Positions 1 to 11,949 of a DNA stretch of 64,000 bases are shown piece by piece. The first letter of the stretch is position 1. Each line of letters begins with the position of its first letter. The position numbers were made by a program, and so were the translations under genes. Below the pieces are notes generated by a model, which searched no databases, had not been told where the DNA came from, and was given only the letters and a program-made list of their open reading frames with translations. Origin of the DNA: Ginglymostoma cirratum (taxonomy: Eukaryota); NCBI GenBank assembly GCA_024137785.1, contig JAHRHZ010000031.1:3829725-3893724 (forward strand), written 5' to 3'.

Positions 1-99
1 CAATATAATGTCATCTTCAGATCCTTAAATTCATGTCATTCTACTTAAGTCAGAGCTATGGCTGTTTATTTAAAGTTGTAAACACTTTATTAAACAGGT

Positions 100-1240
100 A
101 ATATAGAAACAGACAGTAAGAACTTCTTTAAATACATAAAAAGGAAGACAGGCCAAAGGGAACACAGGCACTTTGGAGAATGAAGCCAGGGACTCAAGAA
201 ATAGCAAAAGAATTGAATGGTAGGGGACACTAATAGCATTCCAAAACTGCAAAATCATGAAGGAGCAGAAGGGGTTGAGGTGTGCAGACGAATTAATACA
301 ATTCTATCACTAGAGAAAAATGTAGTAGAGAGACTAATGGGGCTGAAGTGCAATAAGTCCCCTGGACCTGATCAGTTGCATCCTTGGAAATTAAAAGAAC
401 TAGTTACTCAGATAGCAGACAAGGTCAAAATTCACACGACACCAGGTTATGGTTCAACAGGTTTATTTGAGAACACAAGCTATCAGAGCGTTACCCCTTC
501 CTCAGGTGTAATGAGAGAGGAAGTATCAAAACAAAGAATTTATAAGTAAAAGATCGAAGGATTATAAAAGTGATGCAACTGTACTTAATAACCTTAAATT
601 GGCTGGCTGACTCGCTCCTGTTAACTCCTTAATCAATTTGAAAGCACATGCAGGTTTTTTGATTGACTAATATGCAACTCTCCGAATGTCTTTCAAGTCA
701 GTGTCCTGGATAACTAAAGGTTTTATCAATGAATACAAGAGGTGACATCTCCGGTCAGACACACATCTCATATTGTGGATGCACAAGTGATAATATTCCA
801 AAAATTGTTACATTCTGGAAAAATCAGAGAAGATTGGAGGTAAAATAGCAAGTAATATAAAAACAGACAGCCAAAACTTCTCTAAATATTGAAGCAGGAA
901 CATTTACCTGTTAAAGAATGAGGCTGGGGAAATAATAATGGGGAGCCAGGAAATGGCAGAAGTTAACAAATGATTTGCTTCAGTCTTCACAATGGAGGAC
1001 ATTAATAACATTCCAAAAATTGAAATAATCAAGGTGCTAAAGCGAGAAGGATGTAAATGTAAAAGCTACCACTAGAAAAAAGGAAATGAATGAGGCTAAA
1101 GGCTAATAAATTGCATCCTAGGATTTTAAAGGAAGCAGTCACAGAGAGACAGTGAATGTAGTGGTGGTAATCTTTCAAGAATTCATAGATTCTGGAAATT
1201 TCCCAGAGGAAACTGCCAACATAACATCCCTATTCAAAAA
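100..1240 (+). mobile_element. Decayed CR1-clade LINE ORF2 fragments, interrupted by a Penelope-type insert (~417-770)
   Basis: Translation GLKCNKSPGPDQLHPWKLKEL resembles CR1 KSPGPDGxHPRxLKE. A second copy of the motif lies at 1095-1135. Many stops and frameshifts. Confidence 0.8.
417..770 (-). mobile_element. Penelope-like terminal fragment with degenerate hammerhead motif
   Basis: Minus strand reads CTGAGGA-AGGGGTAACGCTCT-GATAGCTT. Shares sequence with the copies at ~6010, ~26590 and ~40150. Confidence 0.55.
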
Positions 1241-1344
1241 TGGATGACGCTGCTCAGCTCCAATCCTTATTACAGCCCTGGTCCAAACTTAATATCAAGG
1301 ATGTAAAGTGAGAGTGCCTACATCAAGGCAACATGTAACCAAGT

Positions 1345-1843
1345 TAACAAGGTGTGGAGCTGGATGAACACAGCAGGCCAAGCAGCATCATANNNNNNNN
1401 NNNNNNNNNNNNNNNNNNNNNNNNNNNNNNNNNNNNNNNNNNNNNNNNNNNNNNNNNNNNNNNNNNNNNNNNNNNNNNNNNNNNNNNNNNNNNNNNNNNN
1501 NNNNNNNNNNNNNNNNNNNNNNNNNNNNNNNNNNNNNNNNNNNNNNNNNNNNNNNNNNNNNNNNNNNNNNNNNNNNNNNNNNNNNNNNNNNNNNNNNNNN
1601 NNNNNNNNNNNNNNNNNNNNNNNNNNNNNNNNNNNNNNNNNNNNNNNNNNNNNNNNNNNNNNNNNNNNNNNNNNNNNNNNNNNNNNNNNNNNNNNNNNNN
1701 NNNNNNNNNNNNNNNNNNNNNNNNNNNNNNNNNNNNNNNNNNNNNNNNNNNNNNNNNNNNNNNNNNNNNNNNNNNNNNNNNNNNNNNNNNNNCTTGTTAT
1801 CTCGGATTCTCTAGCATCTGCAGTACCTATTATCTCTGAAGCC
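1345..1843. mobile_element. Short Penelope-derived inverted-repeat element spanning a 400-N gap, with 11-bp TSD
   Basis: Ends TAACAAGGTGTGGAGCTGGATGAACACAGC and CTTGTTATCTCGGATTCTCTAGCATCTGCAG match the elements at 38015 and 61245. TGTAACCAAGT is duplicated at 1334-1344 and 1844-1854. Confidence 0.7.
1393..1792. other. Assembly gap (400 N)
   Basis: Run of N. Confidence 1.
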
Positions 1844-1854
1844 TGTAACCAAGT

Positions 1855-2025
1855 GTTGTGGTTGGTTGGCTTGCTGAGCTGGTTTGTTGCTCCGCAGATG
1901 TTTCATTACGCTGATGGGTAACATCATCAGTGCAGCCTCCGATGGAACTTCTGCGGAACAACGAACCAGCTCGGCAAGCCAACCAACCTCAACGTCCACA
2001 ACCCGAGCTTCAAATCCACGCTAAA
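1855..2025 (-). mobile_element. Penelope-like fold-back fragment with near-intact hammerhead motif (1894-1933)
   Basis: ~38-bp inverted repeat (1861-1898 / 1950-1987). Minus strand reads GCA-CTGATGA-T-GTTAC-CCATCAGC-GTAAT-GAAA-CA-TC-TGC. Confidence 0.65.
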
Positions 2026-2584
2026 ACATTAGAAACCAAGTGTTGCATCAAGGAGCCCCACTCTGATGCCAAAGAGAGTCTGACAGAAAACATCCCAGCA
2101 GCTGGAGTCACATCTAGTACAAACAAAGACAGTTGTGGAAACCAAATTCACAGATGCATGGTTGTATTCAACTACAATTAGCACTATCTGTAACAGAGCA
2201 GAGAACTCTAGCTTGTGTCCAACTGCATGACATGATAGGCAAACTCTGTACAACTTGTACACTGGCTATAATGTGTACTGTGTAAAAGTTACATTGCAAC
2301 AACTCAAGCTTATTTCCAAACCAGGTAACCTCTGCTGTCAAGAAGGAAGTCTCCTGAGGAATTTCTTGTATTTCAAATAGTTGAAATCATGTCAAGCAAA
2401 AAAGGAAACAATTGCTTTTCACACACAAGTGTATCCAGCCCGTGTAATGCTAATTTTTGGTCACCAGACAAATTGTGCATCTTTGTGTTTTCAAAAACAT
2501 CAATCTATCCATGTCTGAATATGTAATTCAAGTGGTTATGTTGCTGTCTGATAAACCACTCACCTGCCCTAATAAGAGGAGAGG

Positions 2585-3352
2585 AGGCTGGATTTTATGA
2601 GGTGTCGTAATCCCTGTCACCTTGACTGGAAATTCAGTCATCACCTGAAACTCAGCTGCCCCCAGTGATAGTACCCTGTACACCAAGAGTAACTGTAAAT
2701 GAGTCAGATTGGGACATCCACTCTGCCATTAAGGTGTCAGTGTGCTTTAGCAAGCTGCCAGCCAATCTGATTAAGAGTGAGGTTGAGGAGCCCTGAAGAG
2801 GAAGAACAATAGAGCCTAGTCTTAATAGTAAGTCTCAGATTTTAGACAGGCCTGGCAGGAGAATGTCCCCATGTCCCACCATACACAAACTGCACCCCCC
2901 ATCCCCCAACACACACGCACACTTTCCCTGCCCTGTTACTCCCTCCACCACCCTCCAAAGAGACAAGACAGTGTGGAGGATGGGTTTCAATGACAAAAGG
3001 GAAGGGCCAAGGCAGGGTTACAATGTTGGTGGCGAGGTTGGTTGACTTCGGTGGTGATGGGAGATCACACAAAGGCAGGAGCCAGTTCCTGCTTGTCAGC
3101 AGCTGCACAGTGAAAGCTTCCAGCTGACCAACGCATACTGCATTAAGTAGTGGCCCAGAAGCAATGAGACCCATAATTGGCCACTTAATGGTCTCAACGG
3201 TTCTAAGGGTGGGAAGGCTGTGTAATGTCTTCCCCACTTACTGTATTATGAGAGACAGGTGTAACCATGAGCAAGAAAGCAATGGGAATGCAACCTACTT
3301 TAATCTATACTCAAACCTGAGCCATTTCAGCCAGGACTTTTAAATTCAGTCA
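2585..3352. mobile_element. Degenerate non-autonomous DNA transposon (possible PIF/Harbinger-type MITE)
   Basis: Imperfect termini GGCTGGATTTTA...TAAATTCAGTC, a GC-richer interior, and termini similar to other GGC(T/C)GRATTTT ends in the window. Confidence 0.35.
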
Positions 3353-3547
3353 AACAAAATGGCATATTTGGGAATTGGTACAAGCATTTTCCCACTTCTG
3401 CAAAAGAATTGACAATGATAATCCTGAGTTGTGAAATACTTGTAATTTGTTATGTTAGTAGAGTTCTTCTGTGGGGAAAAGTTTTCTTGAAACAATATAT
3501 GAAGGTAACTAGGTTCAAAATACTAGCAGCTGACTCACCCGTTACAT

Positions 3548-3817
3548 CAGTGTGGAGTTTGCACATTCTCCCCTGTCTGCATGGGTTAGCTCCGGGTGGT
3601 CTAGTTCTCCCACAGTCCGAAGGTGTGCAGGTTAGGCAGATTGGCCATGCTAAATTACCCATAATGTGCAGGCTAGGTGGGTTAGCCAGGGTAAATGCAG
3701 TGTTGCAGGGATAGGGTAGGGGTATGGCTCTGTGTGGGATGCTCTTCGGAGGTTCACTGTGAACATGATGGGCTGAATGGCCTGCTTCTACACCGTAGGG
3801 ATTCTGATCTATGATCT
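3548..3817 (+). mobile_element. V-SINE (shark HE1-like), 5'-truncated
   Basis: V-domain GTGGAGTTTGCACATTCTCCCC...CCCACAGTCC...GGTTAGG...TTGGCCATGCTAAATT plus a CR1-type tail ending ATTCTGATCTATGATCT. Confidence 0.85.
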
Positions 3818-6009
3818 AGCAATCTACCTAGTCTCAAAGGACAATTTCTGAGATTGGAGTAATTGATCTGAACACAAAGTTGGACGTGAAAATGACGCCA
3901 CCTGATCATACACAAACAGATTCAGTGATGTCAGGTATTGGCAATGGATAAGAAAGCCAAGGTGATTTTGTGCACAATGCCACTATGTTTGTGTGTAATA
4001 ATGTCACCGTCTGCATTTGCAGAAGGTCCTGCTAAGGCCAAATTTTCACAATTCAGATTTTGCCTGGGACTGAGAATTTTGAATTGGGGACATAGGGTGG
4101 GAGTGGGAGCAAAGGCCAGAAGCAGTGCAAGGGTTGGTAAAGTAGATCTGGCTTTTGAGCAGCACAGCTGGGAAGCTCCTCGTGCTGGGGACAGGGGGAA
4201 AGAGAGATAGCAGCTGAATTTGAACTTAAACGCGTAACGCTGTCAGCACTGAGACCTTACCCTCTACCTGGCACTCAGCAGCTGCCATGTCATTGAGTAC
4301 CCAAGGGAAGACTATTTGAACTATCCTTGTGGTTGAAAGGCAACTGAGTCCATCACTTGGCAGCAGCATAAGTGTTTTTGCACATGCATGCTCTTTGCAT
4401 ACTGAAAGATGACATTCCAACGACAGACAACCATCTGAGATTTGCTAAATCTTGTTCTATCTGGAGCAACAATATTTTGAAGTTATATAGCAGCACTCTT
4501 GACATACATAAAAGAGTTTAGCACTTTACACTGTTATGTTATTGTCACCAAGTGTGGGTAATTTGAAAAAATCAAAAGCCTTGGATTAAGGACTTAGACA
4601 TAGGTTGAGCACAGTGATATAAGGCATGGGGAGATTGCCAAGGTAAGGAGGGGTGAACCTAGAGAATGATTTATAAACTAGAAAAGAATGTTGTTGTGAG
4701 TTTCTCCACTTCAAAAGCAAAATTTCCCCTATATTTTTGCCCCAATTCAGTTTCAAGGCTATGTCAATTAATGAATAATGGTGGTCTCAAGCATGAGCAG
4801 TCTTACATGATATTAGGACCAAGTTTTTATAAAATATACATAATTTCTTCCATTTGCATTCTAAGATTTGTTAATGGATGGTTTTCTGAAAGACACCGAA
4901 CATAAATCCTTTGACAAGGAATTATTCCTTTTTAACAGTCAACAACTGCTAGCATTCCCTGAAACTCTGACCCAATCACTGTACCAGAATATGACTCAAA
5001 ATGGCTTTGAATTATAACTTCTATCGTCAATGTTGACTTACCAAATTATTATTGATGTTTCCATTTTTACTTTGTAGAATACTTCAGGAATCAGAGGGAA
5101 TTGAGTCGTAATGTTTGCTTTCAGGCCAATACAGTACCTGGTGTTCAATTAACCTGCCAAGAGTTTGGGATCCACTGTGAACGTCAAAGCTGGTATTGCC
5201 TGAACCAGGGCTTCTTGCAAGGACTTCTGATGTGCCAAGTGCTGTCTAATTATAAATGTAGTGAAACTCCAAGTGTAGATAAGATGCAGTAACATAAAAT
5301 ATTTTGGGAGGAGAATTATGACTGAAATGGATGATGATGCAATGGTAGTACTTCATATAAACACAAAATCTGAAGAGCTTGCAATACAATAGAAGATGTC
5401 CATGTAAAGATAAACATCATTTAGGTTGATTGCAGTAAACCCCCTAAGCATGATAGCAAATAACTAGAAGCAAGCTGTTTTGAACTTGTCCTTGCTCATA
5501 AGTTTATTTCAGTGAAGCTCCAGGAATGACTGAAATTCCATGGTTTCTCACGTCTTTCATCTTCTCCTTGAGTTCTTTGTCAGAAAGTATTACCAACCCA
5601 CAGTACCATAGTCTCTGAGAAGTTAAACACCAAGTCGAACATAGCTAGGGTGGGAGTCAAATGTTAAGCTGTTACCAATATAATGTAACAGGCCGCCAAA
5701 ATGTCTGAGTTACTAAGGATCATGCACTTTTACATGAATGTTGTGGACTGGAGATATGGTTTGTGATGATAGAATCTCTGAATTCTTTCCATTATGTAGC
5801 TGACAACAAACATCTCCCACTGTTCTGATCTGTCTATGGCAGACACTGGAAGTTTTTATCAACAGCTAATCAAGTTGCTTGGCTGTGTTATGAATACAAC
5901 TTCCTTGCCATTGAGTCATGGAATTTTTCTTCACTCCAAAGCCTCTGACTCAGAAGCTGGGACATTACCCACTATGCCACAAGATCTCCAGTGGATTTCT
6001 TATATAATG

Positions 6010-6214
6010 TGGAGGTGCTGGTGTTGGACTGGGGTGGACAAAGCCAAAAGTCACAAGACACTAGAAACTCTCTACCCTTCGCCTCTCTGCTGAGAAACTC
6101 TGTGTCTGTATAATCTCCTCTTATTGCACCAGATGAAGGTGCTGCGCTCCAAAAGCTTATGATTTCAAATAAACTTATTGGACTACATACTGGTGTCATG
6201 TGACTTTTGACTTC
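6010..6214 (+). mobile_element. Penelope-derived short element with inverted terminal segment, degenerate hammerhead and TSD
   Basis: AAGCCAAAAGTCACAAGACACTAG is inverted relative to CTGGTGTCATGTGACTTTTGACTT. Core reads CAGATGA-AGGTGC-TGC-GCTCC-AAAAGCTT. Flanks CTTATATAATG (5999-6009) and CTTGTATAATG (6215-6225). Confidence 0.65.
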
Positions 6215-7989
6215 CTTGTATAATGACCAAGCTGATCTTTTTTTCTATCTAAAATGTTTACAGAGTGAGACTGCCTTAAAAATTTAAACTACTAACAGTA
6301 TTGTTATTCTTTTCCAAACAAGAGTGGTCACTTGGTAACTGTGATGAAAGGGCCATTATTCTCTGTTAGTATCTAAATAGGAGTGCCATGGAATATAAAC
6401 TTGTGCTCCAAAAAACAATTTTAGATAGGATCCTATTGTCTCAAGTGTTGAAATAGAAAAGTCTTGTTTGAACATTCCAAACAGCATATATATGACACTT
6501 CAATTCAAAACCCTTAAGCCACAAAAGAAACAATCAACAATGGCAAAGTTTGTGAACATTTGAATTTAGAAAAAAATAAGACATTAGAAGATATTCCTAT
6601 TATAGCATACTTTATTAAAGATTGATCAAAATTAAACCACTGAACTGGTGAAACATATTACTCGTATACTTTAAGACCTACTGGAAAATATTTTGAAATA
6701 AATGTGAAGCATGGACCAACCAAAATAAAATAATCATGCTCACAAGTAAACATGGTGAGCTTGGTTGGGAAAGGACATTTTTACAGAGTGGAAGAGAAAG
6801 TTTATGTTGGCAAAATCCCCTATGTTGTTGTATAATTTGCATCAAAATGTATTCAGGTCCTTAATAATTTTTCTCACTGACAATCTGGTCTCAAGGGTTT
6901 GGCTACTTTTGTATCCCTTCAGTTTTAAGACTAAAACTCAATAGTAAGGATGAAGTAATAATGTAGTTTGACCACACGACGCTAGAAAATTAATAACAGT
7001 AACTAATTAAAGGGCTGGGCTCACTTTCCTTTCCTTTACTTAAATTTTACTTAACTCATGATTTAAGGTCATTATCACTTTATTGTAAATTGTGTTGCAT
7101 TTTCAGCCACGTCCCTACTTAAGATCCTAACGTAACTCGCTGTCTGAACGTCAACAGTATCGAACTGACATTGAATAGTTGATTGGTTGTTAGTTGTGAA
7201 GTCATTTTGTAAGAATATCTTCACCTCAGTCTGATTGCTTCGTCAAGTTGAAATTGACTATTCTAAAACATAGTGCTGTGCTTCCAAACACAGACCTTTT
7301 AAAAAAGATAAACTGAAGCGTTCTTAACTTACTTGGATGAATGCTATCTCACATTTATAAAGTCCATGTTTCAACTTGTGAAATAATGACTCTAACCAAA
7401 AAATGTTTGTGTTCCACCAATGTCAGTTGCTAAAAAAGTGCACTAGTCGTTATTCTAGTGGATCCTGTCCCATAACGGTCGTAATGAATCCGGCGCAATG
7501 TCACAGAACTAAAGCGTTTCTCCATGAATACCGTCAGACCGGCTCAGTATTCCAACGTTTTCTGTTTTTGTTTTGATTTGTGGAATCAGGTGTGCAAAAC
7601 TTGTCGATACCTGGCTCAGAGTTTGAAAAACAGCATCTCACCATAAGATATAATTAGATATACTTCAAGCCAAAGAAAGCCGACCGGCCAGACAATAATC
7701 CGGGATGCACATAGCCACTTGTTCATGACGGACTCTCTGCAACTGATGTCATCCCTTTGTGCTGCAATGAGGACATGGTCCTGAACATTCAAGGCCAATG
7801 CTTCACTGTATCCCATAGTACTAAGAAATAAGACCACCAGGGAGACCGATGGTCAACCACCAGTCAAAAGGCCTGTTTTAATTATAACAGCATAACATAG
7901 ACGCGTCCCTCACAAATCAATTGGAAGGCTTTTGTGATTGATGGAAGAGGAACACTAGATAGGACTCGCTAATACGGCGTCCTAATTTC

Positions 7990-8082
7990 AAAGAACTGAC
8001 GCTGGATCCCAAAAGTTAACTCAGTTTCTGTCTTCACAAATGCTACCGGATCTGCTGAGTTTCTCCAGTACTTTCTTTCTTG
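7990..8082 (+). repeat. Degenerate copy of the ATGCTGCCAGACCTGCTGAG Penelope-derived short repeat
   Basis: Similar to the copies at 26111, 36560, 48195 and 54665. Confidence 0.55.
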
Positions 8083-8799
8083 TTATTGTGGGGCCTTCTG
8101 AAAGAAACTCAAGGAACTGTCACCTCTGCCCATTGCCAGTCATGCAGTACAGGCACGCACCATACGCAACTGTGGAGTAGTTGTTTATCAGTTTTCATAT
8201 GTAACGGCCTTTATGTAACTGTTGTCTGTCAAGTCACTACGTTGTCAGTCACGAATAGCTGAAATGTGTAGCTATGGGCCCAAATGGAAACTAAAACATT
8301 GTAGAATAGCAGCTTTCAGTTGGAATATTTGAATTCAATTAAGGTCCTCAAAACAGCACTGGGGCGAACCCAATCTCATACATTCCAATGCAAGATATGT
8401 TATGCTGGAAAGCCGTTTGATTGCATGACCCTCGCCTAGATTTGCTGTTCGTGTATTGTTCAGGTATTGCATCCAATATGCTTAAAAATGAAAAGAAACT
8501 GTTTATGCTGAAAATCTGAAATACATCTAATCCGGTAGATATCGCATAACGTGAAAAGATGGGTTCGTGATTTTACGTGTATTAATCTACCTTCTCTCGG
8601 TGTCTCTAACATTTTCTATTCGCATTATTTTATATAGAAAAGATTAGCATAAATAATTCACAACATGTATAAGGAATTGCAGGGAACAGTTCGTAATGAC
8701 GTATTTACGTCCCAAAATCATACATAAATGCTCGCAGAATCAGTTGGACTTTTTCTGAATTATGTCCAACGTGCGGTGTATTTCCACGTTTTAGCTGCC

Positions 8800-9320
8800 G
8801 TAGGACATCGCTTTGTGTCATTTATCCCATTTCATGTGGGATAAATAGCTTTAAATCACAGCAGCCGTTTGAAAACACGTTTATTGGAATTTACCAGATT
8901 AACTCATCTCTCCGATTCAAATTTCAAGTCTGAATTCCTTAAGCAATAAAGCATTATAAAGTTGCGGGAGGCTGTTTTCAAACCTGGTTGAATACCAGTG
9001 GTTTTGCATTAATTTACTACTAAGCTAATAAGTAGGTTTCGTTTTGTTATGCTAAGCTTTATTGCTTTCTTTTATCGGAATAGTGTTTTCACCAAAGCGC
9101 AGACAAGGCATTCTTTGATGAGGGAATTAGTGCTCTATTATTCCCCTATTATTCATTGCACACTAGAATATGTAAGTACCTGAGGGTGTAAAAGGAGAAC
9201 AGAGTCTATTGCAAAGTGTTCGGCTTGTTTCTTTGTACAGCTGAGTATGAGATGATAAACCGCTTAATACACCGCACTAATTGGATGAGAGCAAAGAGAT
9301 GGGAATTAGTGGATCCAAAG
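8800..9320. promoter_or_regulatory. Candidate conserved enhancer 3' of ARX (positional equivalent of the mammalian ARX-POLA1 intergenic ultraconserved enhancers)
   Basis: Non-repetitive, non-coding and dense in homeodomain cores (GCATTAATT, CTAATTGG, GAATTAG), ~3.5 kb past the poly(A) site. Homology not verified. Confidence 0.5.
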
Positions 9321-10059
9321 GAGATCGTGCTACCAGTTTCCAATGCCGCTTTCTTCCGTCTTTCTTTCACAACTTCAACAGCTCCAAAGGCGGCAGAACC
9401 TCCCCACCCCCACCCTCCCCTCGAAAAGACTGTGTGTTTTGTATAGAATTATGCGCGTCCGAACAGCCCTGGGTTAAATGGAACACGCATAGCAAAGATT
9501 TGGCATTTTGATAGACTATACTACAAAACGAACCTAAGGTTTAAAATATACTTTATTGTGTTTCATCTAATGGTAAAGATAAAAAGATGAAAAACAAGAC
9601 AACACTTAATTGCGTTTTCACTAAGTGTGCATTATTCATACATGGTTTCATTAATGCGTACAATATATTATGCCTCCCATACGTTAAACTTCAATATTAA
9701 GTGATCTGCGCATAAAAAATTAACCTGTATCCGAATCATACATTCCTTTCCACGTTAACCAATACAATTTGTACATGTATACATATATACAACAGTCTTT
9801 CTACCTATACACATGCATGCAAATGTACACATGTTTATATAGACGACTTGTCACTCTACTTGAAATCTCTCCAAATCTGGAAGCTGGTTTTGGGAACAGA
9901 TGGTGGGGAGCTTGGCAGTGAATGGAGGGAGAGTTGAATTTGTGTGAGCGTGCTGAAACCTGGCTCCCGTGCAATGTCGCGTTAGAGTTGCTTGAGTCTG
10001 AAGGCAGCACAAAAAACACCAGGGAGGTTTGCTTAAGGTTGGGGGTCACAGTCGTCGTG

Positions 10060-10400
10060 TTTTGTAGCAAGAATTCCCAGATATTAGAGCCAAATTGGGT
10101 TGCTATTCATTAATAATGTTCACAATAAGATTAAATCATTCTGGAAAATCTCATAAAACCCTGTAAATACGCTTCACTGGCTCTTTCAAACGAAATCATT
10201 CAACACTTGGGGAGGTTTGGATGACGAGAAATTGGTTTCTTTGCTAATGCCTTTTTTTCAAAGACACTCAGAGTTTATCATGCGTGACATGTCAAATGTT
10301 TAATATAGACTTGATGGGAGTCATCGGCCGTTAACATGCGATATTTATGGTGAATATTTAGCAAAGAATAGCTGCTTTACCAGCTGCGAGGCATGAAAGA
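10060..10400. promoter_or_regulatory. Second candidate conserved enhancer 3' of ARX
   Basis: Contains CATTAATAAT, CATAAAA (10152), GTAAATA (10163), palindromic TGACATGTCA (10285-10294) and TTTATGG in unique sequence. Confidence 0.45.
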
Positions 10401-11949
10401 ACAAGCTAAGATCTACATGTTTGCACCATCACTGAGGTGGGATTAGTTGTAAAGCAAGGCGAGTAAGAGGGAGATGCTTTCATTCGTCCATAAGAACTTT
10501 AATCCACCACGTAATTTCACGCAATTTGATTTAGTACTATAGAGTGGAGGTCAGTTTGGGGGTGGGGGGGAGGGTGAATGACTTTAAAAAACGTTCATTA
10601 GCTGAGATAATGGGATGGGTTCTGGTCTGATATCAACCTAAAGATATGTCGCCCACAGTCGACGTGTTAATTGGCTACCTGGTCCAAAACGGTTAATGAC
10701 GTGAGTACATCAAAGTCTCGAGTGGGGTTGTTGGGCCACGCCAGGCAACGTTTAACACAAGAGTTGGTCATCACGGACCAAACACTTCAGTTTACGTGAC
10801 GGAAGGCTGCCACCATGATATAGCAGAGGTGAGGTCAGTTCAGAAATCAAAACTGCAGTGGTTGCGATACTTGGGATCGGAAACAGTAAAGTATCTACAA
10901 GTTCCCACGCCCACCTCCATCACACAAACTGTAAATCTTTTGCTCGTCCTGAAAACTTGGTTTTATTTTCAAGTTGAATTTTTTTCCTGCCCAACTAAAG
11001 GTCTGTTCAACACACTGTTTATCTCCAAAAAAGACCAATAAAAAAGATGATTTATACCTCCGCCCAGTATTGAAACAGAAGGGAATTTAGTTTATCAATG
11101 CCAACAGTTGACGCTTTGTTTGAAAAAGGACTATTAAAAGCTAATCTGGTAGGATTTGATAAAATTGCCAGGTTAGTACAGAAACCAGAGACTGGATGTT
11201 GCCAGACAAACGCCACAATCAAGTCGTTCGATCTGTTATTTTTCGAAAGGTGTCATCTAATTTGATTAATAGTGTCGACATCAGGAATTAGTGTCCCCAC
11301 ATTCACCATAGCTTTGGTGAATTCAATAGAAAAATCCATTGGTTGTGTTACTTTGAAACTGTATATTCTTATATTTCAGCCTCACATAATCGAAGATGAA
11401 GCTTTCTCAGTGGATCCATACTGGCATTAACTTGAACGAGATCGTATTGTGATATCGAGAATATGAAATAAGCATCTTCTAAATACGTTTACCCTCGGCA
11501 CTTGCTATATACTATTTATAAGATATTGAGTTCGCGTGGCGACCTTCTGTAACACCTCTACTCCGGGGAGCAGATTATCGTGCAAACCTAACCCGTCCAA
11601 TCATCTATTTGGAGTGGCTCTGGGCCAGGTAACCTCTCCACGAGTCTCGCGCTCAGCTGCTTGGCCGTCAGTTGGGTAAGTCAGCGCTGAGACTCAAATA
11701 ACGCGGAAGGCGGTCACCGAAGCACGTCACGGCGAATTCGTTAAACACTAACGTTTAGTAACCTGGGTCGCTCATTAGCACAGATACAGCAAGACATCCA
11801 AGCAAGTACTTGTTGGCAGCATTTTATAGCGGCGTTGGTGGTGGGGCTGAGGGGTCAATGTTATAATTTCCAAGTGATAGTTAACATAGTCTAGCAAGGA
11901 CGTATCCAGAAATTGAAAATGAACCACAAATAAAACACCTTCTTTTCAT

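Noticed and set aside
1352-1921. Long ORFs through N runs (also 61248..61752)
   Set aside because: Artefacts of assembly gaps.
5078-5292. Strong acceptor-like TTTTTACTTTGTAG followed by a ~70-codon open frame
   Set aside because: No recognisable protein similarity or partner exon. Cannot be supported without RNA data.
7720-7790. ATGA-N12-AA...TGA SECIS-like spacing
   Set aside because: The required helix II does not pair convincingly, and no selenoprotein gene is present.
7616-7837. Minus ORF containing FLSTMGYSE, reminiscent of the POLA1 C-terminal FLSRSGYSE
   Set aside because: Wrong strand for the tail-to-tail POLA1 arrangement, and the similarity does not extend on either side. Likely coincidence.
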